DNA from: Pseudomonadota bacterium
GTDB lineage: Bacteria; Pseudomonadota; Alphaproteobacteria; Sphingomonadales; Sphingomonadaceae
DNA length: 64,000 nucleotides
Direction: 5' to 3'
NCBI GenBank assembly: GCA_018242165.1
Contig: JAFECL010000003.1
Span: 6,290 to 70,289, forward strand
Each line of letters begins with the position of its first letter. Within the stretch, counting starts at the first letter, position 1. Made by a program: the position numbers and the translations under genes. The notes under the pieces are model-generated. The model did not search any database, was not told the origin of the DNA, and saw only the letters and a program-made list of their open reading frames with translations. Shown in pieces: positions 57,611-64,000 of this stretch.

Positions 57611-58627
57611 ATGCGCATCGTTTCCGGCATCCAGCCGACCGGCAATCTCCACCTCGGCAACTATCTGGGGGCGATCCGCAACTGGGTGGCGATGCAGGAT
57701 CAGGCCGCGGCCAGCGGCGGGCAGAGCTTCTATTTCCTGGCCGATCTCCACGCGATCAGCCAGCCGCACGTGCCGGCGGAGCTGGCCGCCAACACCCGCG
57801 AGATGGTTGCCGCACTGCTGGCCTGCGGGATCGATCCCAAGCGCTCGGTGCTGTTCAACCAGGCCCAGGTGCCCGCCCATGCCGAACTGCAATGGCTGCT
57901 GAACGGCACCGCGCGGATGGGCTGGCTGAACCGGATGACCCAGTGGAAGGACAAGGCCGGCAAGAACCGCGAGGGGCAGTCGGTGGCGCTGTTCACCTAC
58001 CCGGTGCTGCAGGCGGCCGACGTGCTGCTCTACCAGGCCACCCACGTTCCGGTGGGCGAGGACCAGAAACAGCACCTCGAGCTGGCGCGCGACATCGCCC
58101 AGAAGTTCAACAACGATTTTTGCGCGGAAGACGCGCCGCTGTTCACCCTGCCCGATCCGATCATCCCGCCGCAGGCCGCCCGGATCATGAGCCTGCGCGA
58201 CGGCAGCGCCAAGATGTCGAAGTCTGATCCAAGCGACATGAGCCGGATCAACCTGACCGACGATGCCGACACGATCATGCAGAAGGTCCGCAAGGCCAAG
58301 ACCGATCCCGAACCGCTGCCCGAAACGGTGGCCGGGCTGGAAGGGCGGCCCGAGGCAGCCAATCTGGTCGGGATCTATGCCGCCATGGCCGGAACCAGCG
58401 CGGGGGCGGTGCTGGCCGAATTTGCCGGCAAGGGCTTCGGCCAGTTCAAGCCTGCGCTGGGTGAACTGCTGGTGGCCAGCCTGGCCCCGATCAACGCCCG
58501 CTTTGTCGAACTGCGCCAGGATCGTGCCGCGCTGGACGCGGTGCTGGCCGAAGGGGCGGAACGCGCCCGCGCCGCTGCCGCGCCGACGCTGACTGCGGCC
58601 TATGCCGCGCTTGGCCTGGTGCGGTGA
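57611..58627 (+). CDS. trpS: Tryptophan--tRNA ligase
   Basis: '[13 protein letters not shown]', '[10 protein letters not shown]', 'KMSKS'. Confidence 0.98.
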   Translation: MRIVSGIQPTGNLHLGNYLGAIRNWVAMQDQAAASGGQSFYFLADLHAISQPHVPAELAANTREMVAALLACGIDPKRSVLFNQAQVPAHAELQWLLNGTARMGWLNRMTQWKDKAGKNREGQSVALFTYPVLQAADVLLYQATHVPVGEDQKQHLELARDIAQKFNNDFCAEDAPLFTLPDPIIPPQAARIMSLRDGSAKMSKSDPSDMSRINLTDDADTIMQKVRKAKTDPEPLPETVAGLEGRPEAANLVGIYAAMAGTSAGAVLAEFAGKGFGQFKPALGELLVASLAPINARFVELRQDRAALDAVLAEGAERARAAAAPTLTAAYAALGLVR

Positions 58628-58729
58628 AAGCCGCGCGACACTGTGACAATTGGTAACGGGGCGCATTCAAGCCCTGTTCAGCGCCGCAGCGCTAGGCGAT
58701 AACGGCGTGCGTCAAGCGGGAGGCAGACG

Positions 58730-59413
58730 ATGAACGGCATGAACACACCCACGGGCTGGCTGAAGGCGGCGGTGCTGCCCCTGCTGTTGCTGATGGCTTC
58801 CTGTGCCGAACCCTTCGATGCCCGGGTCACGCGGTTTGCCGCGCAACTGCCGGCCCCCGCCGGGCAGACCTTCGCCGTGGTGCCCGAAGATCCCGCGCTG
58901 GCCGCCAGCCTTGAATTCCAGCACTATGCCGCGCTGGTCTCCGCCCAGCTGGCCCGGCAGGGCTATGTCGCGGCGCCTACCGCTGACGGGGCGAACCTGG
59001 TGGTGCACTTTGCCTACACCGTCGATCAGGGGCGCGAGCATGTCCGCCAGACCATGCCCGTCGATCCCTTCTGGGGGCCGTGGTATGGCTATCGTGGCCC
59101 GTGGTCGCGCGGCTATTGGGGCGGTTCGGCCGGCTTTGTCCGCCATGGCCCCTGGGGCTATGGCTGGTACGATCCGTGGTTCGATCAGGGGCTGGAAAGC
59201 TACACCGTCTATACCAGCGCGATCCGCCTGACGATCGACCGCAAGGCCGATAACCAGCGCCTGTTCGAAGGCCGGGCCGAGGCTGCCAGCGCCTCGAACC
59301 ACCTGACCTATCTGGTGCCCAACCTGGTCGAAGCGATGTTCACCGGCTTCCCCGGCAACTCGGGCAAGACGGTGCGGATCACTGTCGCGCCGGAAAAGGC
59401 CGCCAAGAAGTAG
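58730..59413 (+). CDS. DUF4136-like lipoprotein
   Basis: Lipobox 'MASC'; G/W/Y-rich central insert; 'RLFEGRA', 'AMFTGFPG'. Confidence 0.75.
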   Translation: MNGMNTPTGWLKAAVLPLLLLMASCAEPFDARVTRFAAQLPAPAGQTFAVVPEDPALAASLEFQHYAALVSAQLARQGYVAAPTADGANLVVHFAYTVDQGREHVRQTMPVDPFWGPWYGYRGPWSRGYWGGSAGFVRHGPWGYGWYDPWFDQGLESYTVYTSAIRLTIDRKADNQRLFEGRAEAASASNHLTYLVPNLVEAMFTGFPGNSGKTVRITVAPEKAAKK

Positions 59414-59414
59414 C

Positions 59415-59876
59415 CTAAAGCCCCGCCGCGCCGCCGGTGCTGCCAAAGCCGCCGGCGCCGCGCGCGGTATCGTCCAGTTCGGCCACTTCGGCCCAGCTGG
59501 CGCGGGTCACGGGGGCCAGCACCAGTTGCGCCACGCGGTCGCCCCGGGCGATGGCAAAGGGTTCGGCGCCGTGGTTGATCAGGATCACCTTCAGTTCGCC
59601 GCGATAGTCGGAATCGATGGTGCCCGGCGTGTTGGGCACGGTGATCCCGTGCTTGAGGGCAAGGCCTGAACGGGGCCGCACCTGCACCTCGAACCCCTCG
59701 GGGATTGCCAGCGCCAGGCCGGTGGCAACTGCATGGCGCGCGCCCGGGGCAAGGGTGACATCCTCGGCCGAGACCACGTCCATCCCCGCCGCGCCCGCCG
59801 TGGCATAGGCCGGCAGCGGCAGGCCGGCGCCGTGGGGCAGGCGCATGACCCGGACGGGCACGTCAGGCGAGGGCAT
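59415..59876 (-). CDS. dut: dUTP diphosphatase
   Basis: 'AAGMD', 'RPRSGLA', '[10 protein letters not shown]', '[10 protein letters not shown]'. Confidence 0.97.
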   Translation of the reverse strand: MPSPDVPVRVMRLPHGAGLPLPAYATAGAAGMDVVSAEDVTLAPGARHAVATGLALAIPEGFEVQVRPRSGLALKHGITVPNTPGTIDSDYRGELKVILINHGAEPFAIARGDRVAQLVLAPVTRASWAEVAELDDTARGAGGFGSTGGAAGL

Positions 59877-61053
59877 CGACAATCCTTTCGACCAGCAGTT
59901 CGGCGACGCGATCCTTCGGCGCTTCGGGCAAGGCCTCGGTGCCGGCGGCGGTGACGATGTGGATGGCATTGTGGCTGCCACCCATCACATCGCCTGAAAC
60001 ATCGTTGGCAACGATCCAGTCGGCGCCCTTGCGGGCCCGCTTGGCCACGGCATGGGCCAGCACGTCATGGGTTTCGGCGGCAAAGCCCACCACCAGCGCC
60101 GGGCGGCGCGGGCTGGCGCAGAGCGTGGCAAGAATGTCCGGGTTTTCGGCCAGTTCCAGCGCCGGGACCTGGCCCGATCCATCCTTCTTCAGCTTGAGCG
60201 GCGCGGCATCGGCGCTGCGCCAGTCGGCCACCGCGGCGACCATCACCGCCACATCGGCCGGAAGCGCCGCCTCAACCGCCGCGGCCATGTCGCGCGCGGT
60301 TTCGACATTCACCCGCGTTACCCCTGCGGGGGTATCGAGCGCCACCGGCCCGGCCACCAGCGTTACCCGCGCGCCGGCGCGGGCTGCGGCCTCGGCGATG
60401 GCAAAGCCCTGCCTGCCGCTCGAGCGGTTGGCGATGTAGCGCACCGGGTCGATCGGCTCGTGCGTCGGTCCGGCGGTGACCAGCACGTGGCGCCCGGCCA
60501 GCGGGCCATGGCCCACGCCCAGCAGGCGCTGGATCGCGGCCAGCACCGCCGGCGGCTCGGGCAGGCGGCCTGGGCCGGTTTCGCCGCAGGCCATGTCGCC
60601 GATGTCGGGATCCAGCACTTCCACCCCGTCGGCGCGCAGCGTCGCGACGTTGCGGCGGGTGGCGGCATGCTCCCACATCTTCACATTCATGGCCGGCACC
60701 GCCAGCACCCGCTTGTCGGTGGCGAGCAGCAGGGTGGTGGCGAGATCGTCGGCCACCCCGGCGGCCATCCGCGCCATGAGGTCGGCCGTGGCCGGGCAGA
60801 CCACCACCAGATCGGCACTGCGCGACAGCTGGATGTGGCCGATCTCGGCCTCGTCCTTCAGGTCCCACAGCGTGGTGTGGACCGGGTTGCCCGAGAGCGC
60901 GGCCAGGCTCATCGCGGTGACGAACTGGCTGCCGCCTTCGGTCAGCACGCAGGTCACCTCGCCGCCGGCGCCGCGGATCAGGCGGACCAGTTCGCAGGCC
61001 TTGTAAGCGGCGATGCCGCCGCCCACGACCAGCAGGATCCGCTTGCCGATCAC
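59863..61053 (-). CDS. coaBC: Bifunctional PPC decarboxylase/synthetase
   Basis: 'GGIAAYK', 'PAMN', '[21 protein letters not shown]', 'GFAAET'. Confidence 0.97.
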   Translation of the reverse strand: MIGKRILLVVGGGIAAYKACELVRLIRGAGGEVTCVLTEGGSQFVTAMSLAALSGNPVHTTLWDLKDEAEIGHIQLSRSADLVVVCPATADLMARMAAGVADDLATTLLLATDKRVLAVPAMNVKMWEHAATRRNVATLRADGVEVLDPDIGDMACGETGPGRLPEPPAVLAAIQRLLGVGHGPLAGRHVLVTAGPTHEPIDPVRYIANRSSGRQGFAIAEAAARAGARVTLVAGPVALDTPAGVTRVNVETARDMAAAVEAALPADVAVMVAAVADWRSADAAPLKLKKDGSGQVPALELAENPDILATLCASPRRPALVVGFAAETHDVLAHAVAKRARKGADWIVANDVSGDVMGGSHNAIHIVTAAGTEALPEAPKDRVAELLVERIVDALA

Positions 61054-62183
61054 CGCGGGAAGGCCGCGCGCCACAGCGACCGGGCCGCCAGCGGCACGAA
61101 GGCGAGGCCGATGAACATGGCCGGCGCGATCACCGCGCCCCAGTAGAAATTGTCATTCCGCCCGGCGACCATGAAGGCCACGCCATAGCCAAGGTAGAGC
61201 AGGGTGGCGAAGGCCCCGGCGGGCGATTTCCACCCCGCCCAGCCGAACACCATCAGCACCACCAGCGGCCCGGCCAGCCAGTGCGGCAGGAAGCGCAGGT
61301 TGGATGACAGCACCACGTTCGACAGCCAGCCGCCCAGCCCGCGCATGGCCAGCCAGCTGGGCCCCACCGGGTCGGTCGGCAGGGTGTGGAGCGCGACGAG
61401 ATGGAGATGCCAGGCAAGGCCAAGGCCGAACAGCACCACCAGCGCGGCCCATGCCGCTGCCTCTGTCCAGGCCCGGCGCCACAGGGCGTAGGCGGCCAGC
61501 AGCAGCACGAAGGGCAGGGTGTGTTCGCGGATCGCCAGCGCCAGCGCGGCAGCCAGCCAGGCCGCCACCCATGCGCCGCCGCCGTCGCGCGGGCGGTGCA
61601 GGCCCATGGCAAGGGCGATCAGCATCCCCGCCCACAGCTCGTGCAGCACGAAGTAATAGACGTTGAGGCCCAGGCTGGCGCCGAGGAACATCAGCGCGGT
61701 GCCGATCCGGCGCAGCTGCTGGGCAGGCTCGTCCGCCCCCAGTTCGTCGCCCAGCCGGCGCCACCAGGCCCAGATCGTTGCCAGCATCAGGGCAATAGCC
61801 ACCATGCTTGGCACTGCCTTCGGCTGGTCACCCTCGACCCCCAGCGCGGCGTCGATATAGGCCAGCGTCGGCAGCCGCACCGCCAGCCCCGGGCGGACCG
61901 GGTAGAAGGCCTTGCGGTGTTCCTGGGCGATGAAGCTGTAATAGTTCTCGCCCTGGCGGATCCGGGCGATGGCCACGTCGTATAGCTTGAGATCCTCGTC
62001 GCGCGGGCGGGCCCTGGCGGCGGGGGCCTTGCCGGCGGCAAAGGTCGCGACGCTGGCCACTTCGCCCTTGCCGACGGTCAGCGGCACCGTGGCGGCGGCG
62101 GCCAGCAGCGCCAGCAGCGCCACCAGCAGCAGGCGGGCGCGGCGCACCGGCCATTCGGCAAAGCGCGCGGCCATGCTGCTCAT
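61050..62183 (-). CDS. Hypothetical polytopic membrane protein
   Basis: Many TM segments; 4-nt overlaps with both ubiB and coaBC. Confidence 0.75.
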   Translation of the reverse strand: MSSMAARFAEWPVRRARLLLVALLALLAAAATVPLTVGKGEVASVATFAAGKAPAARARPRDEDLKLYDVAIARIRQGENYYSFIAQEHRKAFYPVRPGLAVRLPTLAYIDAALGVEGDQPKAVPSMVAIALMLATIWAWWRRLGDELGADEPAQQLRRIGTALMFLGASLGLNVYYFVLHELWAGMLIALAMGLHRPRDGGGAWVAAWLAAALALAIREHTLPFVLLLAAYALWRRAWTEAAAWAALVVLFGLGLAWHLHLVALHTLPTDPVGPSWLAMRGLGGWLSNVVLSSNLRFLPHWLAGPLVVLMVFGWAGWKSPAGAFATLLYLGYGVAFMVAGRNDNFYWGAVIAPAMFIGLAFVPLAARSLWRAAFPR

Positions 62184-63727
62184 CCGATCAGCCCCCAATG
62201 CATCAAGGCCCATACCGCGCCCCCGCTGGCCAGCGCGATGAAGGCGGTGCGGCCCCATCCGCGCGGCTTTCTTTCCCACACCAGCGGCACCTGCGGCAAG
62301 GGCGGCGGCACCGGCGCACCGCCCTTGGCCGGATAGGCGTCCTCAAGCCGGGCGACCAGTTCGGGCAGGCGGGCAAGGCGGCCCGCCGCCTTGCGCAAGC
62401 CATCGGCCAGCAGTGCCTCGGGGCCCAATTCGTCGCGCATCCAGCCCGAAACATAGGGTGCGGCCACGTCCCACATGTTGATCGTCGGGTCGAGCTGGGT
62501 GGCCAGCCCTTCAACCATCACCATGGTCTTCTGCAGCAGCAGCAGGTGCGGCTGGGTCGCCATGTCGAAATCACGGGTGATCGCAAACAGCCCGTCGAGC
62601 ATTTGCCCGACCGACAGCTCGGCCACCGGTTTGCCGCGGATCGGCTCACCCACGGCACGCAGCGCGGTGGCGAATTCGGCCACCGAATGGTGCGCGGGCA
62701 CGTATTGCGCCTCGAAATGGATCTCGGCGACGCGCTGGTAATTGCCGGTGGTGAGGCCGTGGAGGATCTCGCCCAGCCAGATGCGCGCGCGCCGGTCGAT
62801 CCGCCCCATGATCCCGAAGTCGATCGCGGCGATGGTCCCGTCGGGTTCGACGAACAGGTTGCCCTGGTGCATGTCGGCATGGAAATAGCCATGGCCAACC
62901 GCCTGATGCAGGAAGGTGGTGACCAGCCGGCGGGCCAGCGCGGGCAGATCATGCCCGGCGGCGGCCAGCGCCGCGGTGTCGCTGATCTTGGTGCCGGCGA
63001 TCCAGTCCAGCGTCATCACCCGGCCGCAGGTCCGGTCCCAGTCGATTGCGGGGATGCGATAGCCGCTTTCGGCGCGCATCAGTTCGGCCAGTTCGCTGGC
63101 GCTGGCGGCCTCGCGCCGCAGGTCCAGCTCGCGCGCGGTCCAGCGCTTGAAGTTGGCGATGACGAGGCGCGGACGCAGCCGCTCGGCCTCGCCGCCCAGC
63201 GCCTCGAGATGGGCGGCGGCCCACTCGTAGGTCGCGATATCGGCGGCAAACTTTTCGCGGATGCCGGGGCGCAGCACTTTCACCGCCACCTGCCGGCCGT
63301 CGGCCAGCCGGGCGCGGTGGACCTGGGCGATGCTGGCCGCGCCAACCGGCTCGGGCTCGAACTCGACGTAGAGCGCATCAAGCGGCTTGCCGAAGGCAGC
63401 CTCGATCTCGGCCCGGATCGCCGCGAAGGGCACCGGGGGCAGCTGGTCCTGCAGGGTCAGCAGGTTCTTTGCCGCATCCTCGCCCACCAGATCGGGGCGG
63501 GTGGCCAGCGTCTGGCCCAATTTGATCGCCGCCGGGCCGATCGCCTGGAAGGCCCGGGCATAGTCGGGCACCGCCGGGGGGAAGGTGCCCAGCCGCGCCA
63601 GCCGGCACAGCCGCCGCACCGGCGCGGGGGTGGTGGGTGCCTGCTCGATCCCGGTCAGGCAGCCGTGGCGGGCCAGCACCCGGCCCCAGCGCAGCAGGCG
63701 CAGGATATGGCGTGTTGCCGATGCCAT
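62180..63727 (-). CDS. ubiB: Ubiquinone biosynthesis atypical kinase UbiB
   Basis: 'IKLGQ', 'AASIAQVH', 'AVKVLRP', 'FHADMHQGN', 'DFGI'. Confidence 0.96.
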   Translation of the reverse strand: MASATRHILRLLRWGRVLARHGCLTGIEQAPTTPAPVRRLCRLARLGTFPPAVPDYARAFQAIGPAAIKLGQTLATRPDLVGEDAAKNLLTLQDQLPPVPFAAIRAEIEAAFGKPLDALYVEFEPEPVGAASIAQVHRARLADGRQVAVKVLRPGIREKFAADIATYEWAAAHLEALGGEAERLRPRLVIANFKRWTARELDLRREAASASELAELMRAESGYRIPAIDWDRTCGRVMTLDWIAGTKISDTAALAAAGHDLPALARRLVTTFLHQAVGHGYFHADMHQGNLFVEPDGTIAAIDFGIMGRIDRRARIWLGEILHGLTTGNYQRVAEIHFEAQYVPAHHSVAEFATALRAVGEPIRGKPVAELSVGQMLDGLFAITRDFDMATQPHLLLLQKTMVMVEGLATQLDPTINMWDVAAPYVSGWMRDELGPEALLADGLRKAAGRLARLPELVARLEDAYPAKGGAPVPPPLPQVPLVWERKPRGWGRTAFIALASGGAVWALMHWGLIG

Positions 63728-63738
63728 CGCCGTCGCGC

Positions 63739-64000
63739 TTACACCTTCCAGCCGGAATGGATCGCCACCAGCCCGCCCAGGATCGGCTCGACCCGGGTGG
63801 CGGTGAAGCCGGCCCGGCGGATCATCGCCTCGAACTCGGGCATCGGCGGGAAGCGGCGGATCGATTCGATCAGGTAGCGATAGCTGTCGGCATCGCCGGC
63901 CAGCGCCTGGCCGATCTTCGGCACCAGCCGGTGCGAGTAGAGATCGTAGGCTTCCTTGAAGCCGGGCCAGGTGGTGGTCGAGAATTCGAGGCAGAAGAAC
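63739..64000 (-). CDS. ubiE: UbiE/MenG C-methyltransferase, 5'-truncated by window edge
   Basis: 'LEFS', 'SYRYLIESIRRFP', 'GGLVAIHSGWK'; directly upstream of ubiB. Confidence 0.93.
   Translation of the reverse strand, partial: FFCLEFSTTTWPGFKEAYDLYSHRLVPKIGQALAGDADSYRYLIESIRRFPPMPEFEAMIRRAGFTATRVEPILGGLVAIHSGWKV

Noticed and set aside
1-64000. CRISPR array, rRNA, prophage, integrase or anti-phage defence genes
   Set aside because: No regularly spaced repeats or such motifs seen; the only phage-like genes are the tube pair at 4551-5355. The sirtuin at 44241 has ordinary CobB motifs in a housekeeping context.

Overview
High-GC alphaproteobacterial chromosome segment; gene content and order suggest Sphingomonadales, Novosphingobium-like (inference). 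A tRNA-Ser(GGA) at 33721-33811 splits the window. The right half (34-64 kb) is mostly core housekeeping: zwf-edd-glk-eda, a divergent PEP carboxylase, nth, dapB, cobB, moeB-like, lysC, ubiG, pnuC, aroC, mltA, secB, murJ, trpS, dut, coaBC, ubiB, ubiE. The left half (1-33.6 kb) is a string of accessory modules: (1) RND pump plus a BigR/SqrR-like ArsR; (2) a relic of an extracellular contractile injection system, with one intact tail-tube gene and an unannotated decayed second tube gene; (3) two acyl-CoA dehydrogenases and an LLM monooxygenase; (4) a phosphate-starvation island (two TonB-dependent receptors, a PhoB-like regulator with a degenerate receiver, class A acid phosphatase, OlsB-like, PlcP-like, Agt-like) whose six promoters carry 11-bp periodic Pho-box arrays ending exactly 10 nt before a TAG/TAT putative -10; (5) a TonB receptor behind a ModE box, a short ModE, and SorAB; (6) an LbtU-like beta-barrel and PrsT-like TPR lipoprotein divergent from a sigma54-driven PEP-CTERM gene; (7) a SigF/NrsF-controlled bufferin (DUF692/MNIO RiPP) locus with two precursor classes but one maturase pair; (8) a frameshifted IS6 element next to the tRNA 3' end. 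No CRISPR array or rRNA was seen. All calls come from motif recognition by eye; no database searches were run.
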